Assembly (NCBI GenBank): GCA_041746575.1
Contig: JBGTGT010000005.1
Location: 1-33,084, forward strand
DNA from: Microcystaceae cyanobacterium
Lineage (GTDB): Bacteria; Cyanobacteriota; Cyanobacteriia; Cyanobacteriales; Microcystaceae
Direction of reading: 5' to 3'
Length of the DNA: 33,084 bases
Each line of letters starts with the position of its first letter. Positions within the stretch are counted from its first letter, which is position 1. Below, piece by piece: positions 1-9,524 of this stretch. The notes beneath the pieces are model-generated. The model was given only the letters and a program-made list of their open reading frames with translations, was not told the DNA's origin and ran no database searches. The position numbers were made by a program, and so were the translations under genes.

Positions 1-139
1 CCTTTGTAGCCGATGGACAGTCGGTGATACTGCCTGTGGAGGAAGGTTGCTTGGGAACCCCGATGAAGCAGGAAAAACCAACCGCAAGGAAGGGAAGCCA
101 GCACCGTACCCGTTAGGGTCGGTGTCTGGAGGATGTCAC
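1..139 (+). mobile_element. Right end of an IS200/IS605-family element (tnpB 3' end / omegaRNA region), truncated by the window start
   Basis: Subterminal hairpin CCAG-CACCG-t-ACCC-gtta-GGGT-CGGTG-t-CTGG (98-129) is followed by AGGATGTCAC, ending in the TCAC tetranucleotide (136-139). GC-rich sequence switches abruptly to AT-rich at 140. It overlaps a TnpB-like C-terminus. Confidence 0.8.
3..116 (+). CDS. tnpB: C-terminal fragment of RNA-guided endonuclease TnpB (partial)
   Basis: Manual translation gives FVADGQSVILPVEEGCLGTPMKQEKPTARKGSQHRTR*, resembling the A.GQ.V...PVE...P.KQE tail of cyanobacterial TnpB. It overlaps the IS605-type right end. Not in the ORF track. Confidence 0.7.
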   Translation, partial: FVADGQSVILPVEEGCLGTPMKQEKPTARKGSQHRTR

Positions 140-218
140 TGCTCAATTTATTGAATAAATTCTATTGATAATTTTACATACATAGTTTTCTGTCAATGTT
201 TAGATAACGAAAAAAAAA

Positions 219-248
219 TTCACAAAACTTTACAAAGATGAGTATAAT
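219..248 (+). promoter_or_regulatory. Putative ndhD2 promoter with an HLR1 (RpaB)-like direct repeat overlapping the -35
   Basis: TTCACAAA-ac-TTTACAAA (219-236) resembles the HLR1 consensus (G/T)TTACA(T/A)(T/A)-N2 repeat. TATAAT lies at 243-248, 18 nt after TTCACA. Confidence 0.5.
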
Positions 249-288
249 GACTTAAACAGGATAAGCAAAAACTCATACCTCAAAAGAC

Positions 289-1971
289 ATGACAGCGGAT
301 CACTTTCCTTGGCTCACCGCGATATTCCTTTTACCCCTTGTCGCCGCCTTTGCCATTCCCTTTCTCCCCGATAAAGAAGGCAAACAAGTTCGGTGGTATG
401 CCTTTGGCGTAGGACTCACCGATTTTATATTAATGTGTTATGTTTTCTGGCAACATTATGATATTAACGATCCCGCCGTACAGTTAGTCGAAAAATACGA
501 ATGGTTACCCCAATTAGGACTCAGTTGGGCTGTTTCAGTAGATGGCATTTCCATGCCTTTAGTTCTCTTAGCAGGGCTGGTTAGCACCTTAGCGATCTTT
601 GCCGGTTGGCAAGTTGATCGCAAACCCCGACTTTTCTACTTTCTGATGCTGTTGCTATATTCGGCTCAAATTGGGGTTTTTGTCGCACAGGACTTACTAC
701 TTCTCTTCATCATGTGGGAACTGGAGCTAGTCCCTGTATATCTGTTGGTTTCCATTTGGGGGGGTCAAAAACGGCGTTATGCAGCCATGAAATTTCTGCT
801 CTACACCGCCGCCGCTTCGATTTTTATTTTGGTTGCCGCCTTAGCAATGGCTTTCTCCGGCGACGGACAGATAACCTTTGATTGGGTTGAATTGGCAGAG
901 AAAAACTTCCCTATTGTCTTAGAGTTAGCTCTTTATGCCGGATTGTTAATTGCCTTCGGCGTAAAGCTTGCAATTTTTCCCCTTCATACTTGGTTACCCG
1001 ATGCCCACGGCGAAGCCTCTTCTCCTGTCTCAATGATTTTGGCCGGTGTCCTTTTAAAAATGGGCGGTTATGGGCTTATCCGTCTTAACATGGGCTTACT
1101 GCCCGATGCTCATGTCTATTTTGCTCCTATTTTGGTGATTTTGGGGGTCGTAAATATTGTTTACGGCGGATTTGCCTCCTTTGCTCAAATCAACATGAAA
1201 CGCCGTTTAGCCTATTCTTCGGTGTCTCACATGGGTTTTGTCTTATTAGGATTGGCTTCTTTTACCGACATCGGCTTAAGTGGTGCCATGTTGCAAATGC
1301 TATCCCACGGGTTAATTGCGGCAGTCCTGTTCTTCTTAGCGGGAGTCACCTACGATCGAACGCACACGATGGCTTTAGATGAAATGGGTCATATTGGTAA
1401 AGTGATGCCGAAAGTCTTCGCCTTATTCACAGCAGGAGCGATGGCATCTTTAGCGTTACCCGGTATGAGTGGCTTTGTCAGCGAATTATCGGTTTTTGTC
1501 GGTGTTACCAGTAGTGATCTCTATAGTTCTCCCTTCCGCACCGTAACGGTCTTTTTAGCCGCCATTGGTTTGATTCTGACACCGATTTATCTACTTTCAA
1601 TGTTACGTCAGTTATTCTACGGATCTGTGATCAATCCGATGTGTAATGTCGCAAATAGTCAGTTAGCGAACGTCGAAGATCAACCCGCCGTTTGTTTTGG
1701 CAATAGTTGTATTTTACCGTCTGAAGCCACTTACAAGGACGCTAACCCCCGTGAATTGTTGATTGCCGCTAGTTTTCTTGCTCTAATTATAGGAATTGGT
1801 CTATATCCCAAATTAATCACCCAATGGTATGATGTGAACACGGTAGCCATTAACGCTCAAGTTCGTCAATCTTACCTTCAGATTGCAGAAAACAACCCAG
1901 CCGTTTATGCCTTTGGACAGAAAGCCCCCAAAATCTCTGAAGTAGCTTCTATTTCCAAAATTATTCCTTAA
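289..1971 (+). CDS. ndhD2: NAD(P)H-quinone oxidoreductase subunit 4 (NdhD2 type)
   Basis: 560-aa multi-TM protein with NuoM/NdhD motifs ([58 protein letters not shown]). The Cys-containing insertion near the C-terminus (CNV...CFGNSCILP) is typical of NdhD2. Confidence 0.9.
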   Translation: MTADHFPWLTAIFLLPLVAAFAIPFLPDKEGKQVRWYAFGVGLTDFILMCYVFWQHYDINDPAVQLVEKYEWLPQLGLSWAVSVDGISMPLVLLAGLVSTLAIFAGWQVDRKPRLFYFLMLLLYSAQIGVFVAQDLLLLFIMWELELVPVYLLVSIWGGQKRRYAAMKFLLYTAAASIFILVAALAMAFSGDGQITFDWVELAEKNFPIVLELALYAGLLIAFGVKLAIFPLHTWLPDAHGEASSPVSMILAGVLLKMGGYGLIRLNMGLLPDAHVYFAPILVILGVVNIVYGGFASFAQINMKRRLAYSSVSHMGFVLLGLASFTDIGLSGAMLQMLSHGLIAAVLFFLAGVTYDRTHTMALDEMGHIGKVMPKVFALFTAGAMASLALPGMSGFVSELSVFVGVTSSDLYSSPFRTVTVFLAAIGLILTPIYLLSMLRQLFYGSVINPMCNVANSQLANVEDQPAVCFGNSCILPSEATYKDANPRELLIAASFLALIIGIGLYPKLITQWYDVNTVAINAQVRQSYLQIAENNPAVYAFGQKAPKISEVASISKIIP

Positions 1972-2001
1972 AATTAGTTAATCATTTTATTGCTGAAATC
2001 G

Positions 2002-2032
2002 GGGGCATAACAAGGATATGTCCCTTTACTTT
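2002..2032 (+). terminator. Probable intrinsic terminator after ndhD2
   Basis: Stem GGGGCATA / TATGTCCC (2002-2009 / 2017-2024) followed by TTTACTTT. Confidence 0.6.
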
Positions 2033-2239
2033 GGCTATAGAAAAACGCAGAAATTAGGATTAAAACCCTTAATGTACTTGAAATTTGCTGTCAAATACTC
2101 TAATCGTAACGTTCCTATTGCGGTTACGCCTCTTCCATCTCCCTTTTTCGTGACCCATCAGATGGAGAATCGGACAGGAAAAGGTTAAGCTTAATAAAGA
2201 ATAGGCTATTTTTAGACAGTTGACCACTGAATATTGTCA

Positions 2240-2944
2240 ATGCTTGATCAACTTTTAGATTCCTCCATCAATTTGGGACTGAAAACCCCCCTCATTTTAA
2301 TTGTTTTAATTGCTTTAGAGGCGGTCTTATCGGCTGATAATGCGATCGCCCTTGCCGCCATCGCTCAAGGCTTGGAAAATCGCAAATTACGAGGCTACGC
2401 CCTGAATATTGGTTTATTGATTGCTTATGTTCTGCGAATTACTCTGATTTTAACGGCCACTTGGGTAATCAATTTTTGGCAGTTTGAGTTATTGGGGGCG
2501 ATTTATTTATTATGGTTAGTCGGACGATATTTCTTATCTTCGGACAAAACAGACGGAAATAAACATAATTTTCGATTTGATTCACTCTGGCAAGCAATTC
2601 CTTTGATTGCTGTGACCGATCTAGCCTTTTCTTTAGATAGCGTGACAACGGCGATCGCGGTAGCCGATGAACTCTGGTTAATTTTAGTGGGGGGAACGAT
2701 TGGGGTATTGACGTTACGTTTTCTGGCGGAGTTATTTATTGAATGGTTAGAGGAATTTAGCCATTTAGAAGACGCTGGCTTTATCACTGTTGGTTTAGTG
2801 GGTTTGCGCTTGTTAATACGGGTGATTAATCCCCTTTGGGTTCCGCCAGAATGGGTTATGATCCTCCTGATTGCGGTTTTATTTATGTGGGGATTTTCTA
2901 AACGACGCACCGAAGAAGTCACCCCAGAACCGGAAGATTCGTGA
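2240..2944 (+). CDS. TerC family integral membrane protein
   Basis: LEAVLSADNA and DLAFSLDSVTTA TerC signature motifs with about 7 TM segments. ATG at 2240 is preferred over TTG at 2234. Confidence 0.88.
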   Translation: MLDQLLDSSINLGLKTPLILIVLIALEAVLSADNAIALAAIAQGLENRKLRGYALNIGLLIAYVLRITLILTATWVINFWQFELLGAIYLLWLVGRYFLSSDKTDGNKHNFRFDSLWQAIPLIAVTDLAFSLDSVTTAIAVADELWLILVGGTIGVLTLRFLAELFIEWLEEFSHLEDAGFITVGLVGLRLLIRVINPLWVPPEWVMILLIAVLFMWGFSKRRTEEVTPEPEDS

Positions 2945-3019
2945 AATTCTGGCGGGAAACAAACGCTTTGAAATTGAGTCATACATCCTTGGTAACAACT
3001 GGGCAAAAATAGACAAACC

Positions 3020-4420
3020 ATGGATTCTTTAAGCCGCTTATCCCTCGCTGGACTTCTCTGCATTACTTCTATTGCCTTTCCGGTGACTGCCCAAACTCCC
3101 CTCTGTTACGAAATCACCCAAGCCACCGATATCCGAAAATACGGCACTGATGGAATTCAAGGGAAAAATGGGCAAGAAGGGGAAAGTAGGGGAGACAGTG
3201 AGAGTGTGACCATATTTGCTGACGGCTCTCCCCTCAATTTAGATTTATCTGGTAAGAATGGAGAAAATGGGCAAACAGGACAAGAAGGTCAAAGCGGTAA
3301 TTGTCGCAATCAACCCACCGATGTGCGGTACAATGTGCAAGCCCCTAGTGGAGGGAGTGGGGGTAATGGCGGCAGTGGCGGCAACGGTGGTAATGGTGGC
3401 TTATTAACAGTTTATTCAGCCAATTTAGCTGATTTGAAACAAATTTATGTTAATGCGTCTGGAGGACAAGGCGGACAAGGTGGACAAGGTGGACAAGGTG
3501 GACAAGGGTGTCAGTGTGAACAACCCTTCTGGACGGTACAAACCTGTGAGGGAAAGCCGGGCGATCGCAATTATCGCTGTTCAACTCAAGAATTTCAATG
3601 TATTCGGGGTCGTAATGGTATATCAGGGGTAATTGGTCAAGGAGGACAGAATGGATTGCCTGGGCAATTGACCTTAATTAATTCAGATAAACCCTTAGAA
3701 ATCGATCAACCCTCAGCAACGGTTACCCTTTCTATTCTGAAAAATAATGGTTTTGTGCTTTCGCAAAATCGTTGGGAAACCCGTCAAGGTGCGACCGATT
3801 TATTTGCTCCCGGTTCAGTTATTGATGACCAATATCGGGTTTTATTAGAACGTAGAGAAAGATCATTTTTATTAATTTGGAATGCGCCTCAAGCCTTTAA
3901 TAAATTCGCCGATAAAACCATGACTCTTACCCTTAAAGATAGCGGGGAAATTGAAGTTAAAACCCCACAAGATGTTTGGGTTGAAGGTACAACACAACAA
4001 CGACAAGAACGAACCGAATTTATTGTTTACAATGCTGTTTTTGCAGAGGAAGCTATCCAATTACAGGAAAGCGAATTAATCGGCAGAGGACGGGATCTAA
4101 GGATTGTCGTTACGGATAACGCTAATTTATCTGATATTATTAAAACGACTTTTTTGGTTAAATATAAAACGACTCGCTATGATCCCCGTTTTCGGCCGAC
4201 TTCTACCTATGATGTTAAATTTGAGGGAGAAATGCCGGCTGATTTGGTCACTTTACGGGGCAATCAATTTACTTTAAATTTAGGACGACTGGATATTCCA
4301 GAAGATAGTTTTCGTCCCGATATTGGCGTAGAAGTGGAAATTATTGCAGTCCGTTCTTTTGGCGGAAACTCAGCAGAAAAAAGAATGGTTATTAAGGATA
4401 AATTGAGTTCTTTCAATTAA
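3020..4420 (+). CDS. Secreted glycine-rich (collagen-like GXX/GGX repeat) protein
   Basis: Signal-peptide-like N-terminus (…AFPVTA-Q), five Gly-X-X/GGX tracts, several Cys, and a beta-rich C-terminal half. Confidence 0.75.
   Translation: MDSLSRLSLAGLLCITSIAFPVTAQTPLCYEITQATDIRKYGTDGIQGKNGQEGESRGDSESVTIFADGSPLNLDLSGKNGENGQTGQEGQSGNCRNQPTDVRYNVQAPSGGSGGNGGSGGNGGNGGLLTVYSANLADLKQIYVNASGGQGGQGGQGGQGGQGCQCEQPFWTVQTCEGKPGDRNYRCSTQEFQCIRGRNGISGVIGQGGQNGLPGQLTLINSDKPLEIDQPSATVTLSILKNNGFVLSQNRWETRQGATDLFAPGSVIDDQYRVLLERRERSFLLIWNAPQAFNKFADKTMTLTLKDSGEIEVKTPQDVWVEGTTQQRQERTEFIVYNAVFAEEAIQLQESELIGRGRDLRIVVTDNANLSDIIKTTFLVKYKTTRYDPRFRPTSTYDVKFEGEMPADLVTLRGNQFTLNLGRLDIPEDSFRPDIGVEVEIIAVRSFGGNSAEKRMVIKDKLSSFN
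3464..3508 (+). repeat. 9-bp tandem repeat (GGACAAGGN) x5 encoding (GQG)n
   Basis: ggacaaggc ggacaaggt ggacaaggt ggacaaggt ggacaaggg, read directly. Confidence 0.9.
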
Positions 4421-4430
4421 GGGAATTTTA

Positions 4431-4452
4431 TAGGGGCGCAAGGCTTGCGCCC
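4431..4452. repeat. REP-like palindrome between convergent genes, possibly a bidirectional terminator
   Basis: TAG-GGGCGCAAG-G-CTTGCGCCC has a perfect 9-bp stem and resembles the cyanobacterial (G)TAGGGGCG...CGCCC REP-type repeat. Confidence 0.6.
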
Positions 4453-4532
4453 AAAAGTGTATGATATTAAATCGCAATTTGCTATAAATTAGCGATCGCT
4501 TTAATAGTCGTTGGTCAATCTCTATCATTTTA

Positions 4533-7226
4533 TTATTTGCTCTCTGCGTCATCCCAAATCTGAGCAAAATGTTCTAATAACATTCGATGGAAAAAGACAT
4601 AACCTCCCCCCACTTTTTTCATTAAAAGATGCGCCGAAGCGAAGTCAAGAAACTTGGCATAGTTCCAAGGAATAAATCCATTTTGATGAAGCGTCCTTCG
4701 CAGTGCAAAATGCTTCATAATAGTAGTTCCACCAAAGTTTAATCCTAAAAATGGAACAAACAACGATAAAAAACGCAATATCAATAAAGAAATTCTTGAT
4801 ATAATCGAAGGTATTTCTTTGACCTCAAAATTAGTTGTTAACGTAAAAATTAGCATGATTACAACAATTATAAGTATTGGCACTAAAAGTGATGCTAAGA
4901 TAAAGACGACAGCATTTCTTCCCGATTTCCAAATTCCTTGATTAGGAAAGCTTGTCTTTTCCTGTTCTTTGATCGTTATTCCTGGTATTAATCCTAATAT
5001 GAAGAGCGTTAAACATAAATTGATTGTGCCTGAAATACTGATAATATGATCATGCTGTGAAGATGAAGAAGATGAGTAATAAATTGATATAATTATGGAT
5101 ACTACACCCAATATACCAGCTGAATATAAGAAGAAAAAGGGTAGTGTTTTACGCCATGACCAACCCAAGGACTCAACTAATATTAAGCTTTCCATATCTT
5201 CTTGAAACCTTGACAGAGAAAAGAATAAAGTCCATCCCATTTGTGGTAGAAAAGAAGTGCGACCTACTATATAACCACAAATACAAGTTACAATTAAAAT
5301 TAGTATGAGGTTTGTATCTTCTTCGATTAATCCAAACGTTGGTGTAAATATAAGCCCAAAAAGTAATCCAGACATTACGCCTAGCTTTTTCAGATAATCC
5401 TTTTTTAAAGTTTGACTATTTAACCAAGTCGGTTGCATTTTCTCAATCAAAAAGATCGTCTGTTTTTCCTGCACTATCCGACTGGCTAACCAACTGAGCC
5501 ATCGTAATATTTTATCCTTAGAATATTCAGCAATTGTCCCTTGTTCTAATCTTCGATCTATATAATCATTAAATAAATTGTTCTTGCAATTTTCCTCTGA
5601 AACGGAATATAATTGGGGTAATAATTCTTGGACTGACCATCCTTGATAAGCCACACTCATAAAGTTTAAAATCAAAGGCGTTTGCGCAAACTGCTCTAAT
5701 TTTGTCTCTCTTTTTAACAAGGTTTTTAAACCCGATAAAGAACCACCAACCTTATCCAAAAACTGATAGACTTGCTTCGGTTTTAAAGGTTGTAAGCCCA
5801 AAGCACTGCTAATCTTGAGACGTTCGGTTAACACTTCATAATCCTTCACTCTGCTACAAATTGCCACTTCTGTTTGCGGAAATAGCCCCATAAACGTATT
5901 CAACGCTCTTACACAATCGTTCCGATATTCTTCCTTCACTTCATCCAATTCATCCAGCAAGAGAATAAGCTGTTGTTGTCTCAACCACGGTTCACTTAAC
6001 GTCTTGGAAACTTGATATTTTTCCCGTAATTCGTTAATTAACCACGCTATCATTGGTTTTTGTTCTTTTGCCCAAGAAGATAGGTTAAAAACAACGGGTA
6101 TCGGTAAATCTGGTTTTAATTCACTCCGTTTAATTAAACGCTGGGCTAATTGCAGGAGCGCAAGGGTTTTTCCTGCTCCGGGAGAGCCTAAGATTAATAA
6201 TGTGCGACCTTGCCCAATTTCCTCATAAATTCGTGTATTTTGCAACGTTTCATAAGAAGCATCTAATTCTACCGCTAATGCTTCAATTCCTTGAGATAAA
6301 TCTGCGATCGCATCAGGACGATTCTCAAGATCTAGCTTGATTATTGGGCTATTCTGACAAGAAGGTTTTAAAAATCCCTCAATCCAAAAATCCTTGACTT
6401 TATTTAATAAAATTTTACGCTGTTTAACCTCTTCCTTTGTAAGAGAAACCTGATTCTGCGCTGAAAACTTACCAAAATGATCATAAGCATTCCTCGCTTG
6501 ATCTTTGTATTTCTTACGATCAATTTCTTCTTTCAGGAAATCAACCCATTCTTGCGCAAGATCAGGCTGAATCGGAATACTTTTACAGAGATGACTTCCT
6601 TTTAAATCACTTCTTTTCAATAAAATCGGTTTAAGGTATTCTACTACGGAAAGTCGTTTCCTTTCTTCAATGAGGATAAACTGTCGATACTGCTGTGATT
6701 GGCTAGATTGAGCGTTATTTTCACACCAGATTTGAATTTGAGTGCAACCAATATTGTATGCTTTCTCAATCGACTTCCCTGCCGCTAATCCAGTATAAAA
6801 CCCCACCGAGAAGACGTAAGCGGCTTGATCCAAAATCGGTTGACTCATACCGATGACATAATCAATATCTTCTACAATCGCTTTCGCTTGGCGATCGCTA
6901 TCACAAGCATTGAGAACTACACAATTAATTTCATCAGAAAAATTATGAAAGATTCGTGCCAATAGCTCTGTGCTGATCAGTTTTTCTTGTCCCTGCTCAT
7001 CCTGAAACACCAATCCCCGTTTACCCGCTCCATGCCCACAAAAATGAACAATTTGGGGTCTATGTTCTGCTAGGAGTCCCTGTAACTCTTGAGAACGAGC
7101 TTCAAAGCCAAATCTAAGTTCAAACCGTCCCAAACGCTGTATAGCAGTCGTTAAATCAGAGATTTCTCGATTAAGATTTAAGTCTCGTCTCGGATTCGAG
7201 GATAAGATCAGTATTTTGGACATCAA
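4533..7226 (-). CDS. CHAT (caspase-like) domain + NACHT NTPase + multi-transmembrane protein
   Basis: N-terminal KILILSSNP, IVHFCGHG and VVLNACDS (CHAT His/Cys dyad). Walker A GSPGAGKT, Walker B LLLDELDEV, and a TPLIL motif. About 6 hydrophobic helices, ending with the PWNYAKFLDFA...GGGYVFFHRMLLEHF tail typical of cyanobacterial NACHT-TM proteins. Confidence 0.85.
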   Translation of the reverse strand: MMSKILILSSNPRRDLNLNREISDLTTAIQRLGRFELRFGFEARSQELQGLLAEHRPQIVHFCGHGAGKRGLVFQDEQGQEKLISTELLARIFHNFSDEINCVVLNACDSDRQAKAIVEDIDYVIGMSQPILDQAAYVFSVGFYTGLAAGKSIEKAYNIGCTQIQIWCENNAQSSQSQQYRQFILIEERKRLSVVEYLKPILLKRSDLKGSHLCKSIPIQPDLAQEWVDFLKEEIDRKKYKDQARNAYDHFGKFSAQNQVSLTKEEVKQRKILLNKVKDFWIEGFLKPSCQNSPIIKLDLENRPDAIADLSQGIEALAVELDASYETLQNTRIYEEIGQGRTLLILGSPGAGKTLALLQLAQRLIKRSELKPDLPIPVVFNLSSWAKEQKPMIAWLINELREKYQVSKTLSEPWLRQQQLILLLDELDEVKEEYRNDCVRALNTFMGLFPQTEVAICSRVKDYEVLTERLKISSALGLQPLKPKQVYQFLDKVGGSLSGLKTLLKRETKLEQFAQTPLILNFMSVAYQGWSVQELLPQLYSVSEENCKNNLFNDYIDRRLEQGTIAEYSKDKILRWLSWLASRIVQEKQTIFLIEKMQPTWLNSQTLKKDYLKKLGVMSGLLFGLIFTPTFGLIEEDTNLILILIVTCICGYIVGRTSFLPQMGWTLFFSLSRFQEDMESLILVESLGWSWRKTLPFFFLYSAGILGVVSIIISIYYSSSSSSQHDHIISISGTINLCLTLFILGLIPGITIKEQEKTSFPNQGIWKSGRNAVVFILASLLVPILIIVVIMLIFTLTTNFEVKEIPSIISRISLLILRFLSLFVPFLGLNFGGTTIMKHFALRRTLHQNGFIPWNYAKFLDFASAHLLMKKVGGGYVFFHRMLLEHFAQIWDDAESK

Positions 7227-7433
7227 ATTGAGATTAAAGCTTGTTATTGTTATACCAAAGATATTAACGAGAAAGCTTCAAATCGGATAAATACAATTTC
7301 GGAAAAGCTTTTGGCGAGTGACGACAAAGGATTCGTGGGCGTTAAGGGGTTATGTAAACCCGTTTTGAGCCATAAAAAATGTGGACATTTAGCCCACAGC
7401 AACTATATTATCACTCAATCGTTGAAATGTTAT

Positions 7434-7952
7434 TCAACTATTGACGTCAACGTCTCCGGTTTTAAGACCTCGTTTGGATAAGATTTCTTGTAATTGGGAC
7501 TCTTCGTCTTTACTCAAAGAGGTACGTAGGATTTTCCCGCCATAAGGCGCAACTTCGTCAAGAACCTTATCGGGGGTGACTTTACGAACTAGTAAAAATA
7601 AAGCAGACGTACCGGGTTGTAGGGTTTCTCCTAAAGAGCGCATGAAATTATCATCAACGCCGATATCATTTAAGGCACCTGCTAAGGCTCCACTAGCGGC
7701 TCCCACTGCGACTCCTAATAAAGGAGATAAAAAGAGTACTCCCACTAATAATCCCCAAAAACTGCCACTAGCTGCCCCTGCAGCAGTTAAATTAATGGCT
7801 TGATTCAGTTTTACTTTACCATCTTCTTTTTTAACGACAATGGCTGCATCTTCCAGTTCGATGAGGTGTTCTTTTTGGAGTTTCGCTAAAGCAAGACGCA
7901 CTTCTTCAGCTTTAAATTCGTCTTCGTAGGCAACGACAATTAAATCACTCAT
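7434..7952 (-). CDS. DUF1269 family membrane protein
   Basis: MSDLIVVAY...LEDAAIVVK..DGKVKL, Gly-zipper GAASGSFWGLLVGVLFLSPLLG, and LQPGTSALFLLV...DKVL. Confidence 0.8.
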   Translation of the reverse strand: MSDLIVVAYEDEFKAEEVRLALAKLQKEHLIELEDAAIVVKKEDGKVKLNQAINLTAAGAASGSFWGLLVGVLFLSPLLGVAVGAASGALAGALNDIGVDDNFMRSLGETLQPGTSALFLLVRKVTPDKVLDEVAPYGGKILRTSLSKDEESQLQEILSKRGLKTGDVDVNS

Positions 7953-8086
7953 GATTGTTTCCTAAAGAGAAATAAAATTCCTACAAATGAGTATAAAGGA
8001 AATGATTCTTCAGTGCGACTCAAATGTAAAGAATAATACCAAAGGATGAGATACAAACGACTATTTTTCCGATGAAAAGGGTTTAT

Positions 8087-9031
8087 TTAGGAATTCAGAG
8101 CAGAATTTACTTCTAAGGAGAGTAATTCTTCATTATGAACGGTATGTACTGATAAAGGGGGTAAGACAGGGAAAGAAGGCTGATGAAGACTAATTAACTG
8201 CGCTAAGGTTCGTTTAAGTTGGGTTCGAGGCACAATTGCATCGACAAAACCGTGTTGCAACAGATATTCAGAGGTTTGAAAATCGTCAGGTAACTTTTCG
8301 CGGATGGTTTGCTCAATCACCCGTCGTCCAGCAAAGCCGATGGTGGCCTTGGGTTCAGCAATAATAACATCTCCTAACATCGCAAAACTAGCGGTGACCC
8401 CTCCCGTGGTAGGATGGGTTAAAACGGGGATATAAAGAAGTTTCGCTGTCCGATGTAGCTCTAAAGCCCCAGAAATCTTGGCCATTTGCATTAAACTGAG
8501 CATCCCTTCCTGCATTCTTGCTCCTCCGGAGGCACAGACAATGACCACGGGGAAGCGTTCTTGGGTGGCGTGTTCAATCAGACGACAGAGTTTTTCGCCG
8601 ACAACTGAGCCCATACTTCCCCCCATAAAGCGGAAATCCATTACCCCTAGAGCGACAGGAAGACCGTCAATTAAGCCTGTCCCTGTTTGAACGGCGTCCT
8701 TGAGTCCCGTTTTTTCTTGATATTCTTTAATACGATCGCCGTAAGACTTCCGATCTTTGAATTGTAGGGCATCTTTGGGGCTAAGATGTTCATTGAGGGG
8801 TGTCCACGTCTGAGCATCAATCAGTTGTTCAATGCGTTCAGTACTATCTACTGTAGTGTGGTAGCCACAGGACTCACAAACCCACTGATTAGCTCTTAAA
8901 TCTTTGGTATAGGTTAATTGGTCACAAGCTTGGCATTTCGTCCATAAACCATCGGCAATCTCCCTTTCAGGGGTTTTATGGATGGTCGGTTCTGTTTGTT
9001 GTCGGTTCGCAAACCAATCGAATAGAGACAT
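8087..9031 (-). CDS. accD: Acetyl-CoA carboxylase carboxyltransferase beta subunit
   Basis: DGLWTKC..C zinc finger, [25 protein letters not shown] and [11 protein letters not shown]. Confidence 0.97.
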   Translation of the reverse strand: MSLFDWFANRQQTEPTIHKTPEREIADGLWTKCQACDQLTYTKDLRANQWVCESCGYHTTVDSTERIEQLIDAQTWTPLNEHLSPKDALQFKDRKSYGDRIKEYQEKTGLKDAVQTGTGLIDGLPVALGVMDFRFMGGSMGSVVGEKLCRLIEHATQERFPVVIVCASGGARMQEGMLSLMQMAKISGALELHRTAKLLYIPVLTHPTTGGVTASFAMLGDVIIAEPKATIGFAGRRVIEQTIREKLPDDFQTSEYLLQHGFVDAIVPRTQLKRTLAQLISLHQPSFPVLPPLSVHTVHNEELLSLEVNSALNS

Positions 9032-9060
9032 AGATATTAATATATTGATATGATAGAGAG

Positions 9061-9300
9061 TTAAATGGGTTCAGTGTCTTCGGGGGTACTCAGTAACAGT
9101 AAAGCAGTCCACTGATCGAGAGAACGCACTTGTAACGCCGCCTGACTTCCTTGACCACAATAAATACCGAGTCCGATATCGACGACTCGACTGGGAATAT
9201 CATACGCTGTTAGGAGTTGCTGCATCAATTCCGCTTCCCATCTTGCCCTTGTTTTTCTAATGGTAATCCAATATACCGATTCCATTTTATCAGGTGTCAT
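9061..9300 (-). CDS. Small conserved cyanobacterial protein (DUF2007-like), upstream of accD
   Basis: W...[21 protein letters not shown]...G...LQV pattern. It ends 29 bp before the accD start on the same strand. Confidence 0.65.
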   Translation of the reverse strand: MTPDKMESVYWITIRKTRARWEAELMQQLLTAYDIPSRVVDIGLGIYCGQGSQAALQVRSLDQWTALLLLSTPEDTEPI

Positions 9301-9524
9301 CCGGTTTGCTATCTAAACGCTTAAGCTAACTGTAACGGTTTCTCCCGAATCTTGAAGTTATAGGGGTATCAGGGCAGACGAGACTGCTTTCTAATCATGC
9401 TCATTGTAGATTAGATGGATGGCGTTGCGCTAATTTCAGGCAATGGATGCAAACCGCCCATTTTCTTCTATTTTTGGGAAAATGCTTGAGTTATGAGTTA
9501 GCAGATAATGAGTTTCAGAAGATC

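Noticed and set aside
155..197. LysR-type T-N11-A boxes upstream of ndhD2 (possible NdhR/CmpR sites)
   Set aside because: The motif is too degenerate in AT-rich DNA to support without conservation data.
2100..2235. yybP-ykoY (Mn2+) riboswitch upstream of the TerC gene; two small hairpins are present (CGTAAC/GTTACG and TCCATCT/AGATGGA)
   Set aside because: The GGGGAGTAG and GAGACC consensus blocks are absent, and the hairpins alone are not sufficient evidence.
4370..4567. 65-aa minus-strand ORF spanning the convergent gap
   Set aside because: It overlaps both flanking genes and reads through the REP-like hairpin (WAQALRPY is the translated repeat).
8026..8039. Perfect NtcA-type GTA-N8-TAC upstream of the DUF1269 gene
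   Set aside because: The nearest good -10 (TATACT, 7995-7990 on minus) is 30 nt away rather than the canonical 22-23, and a 6-bp consensus occurs often by chance.
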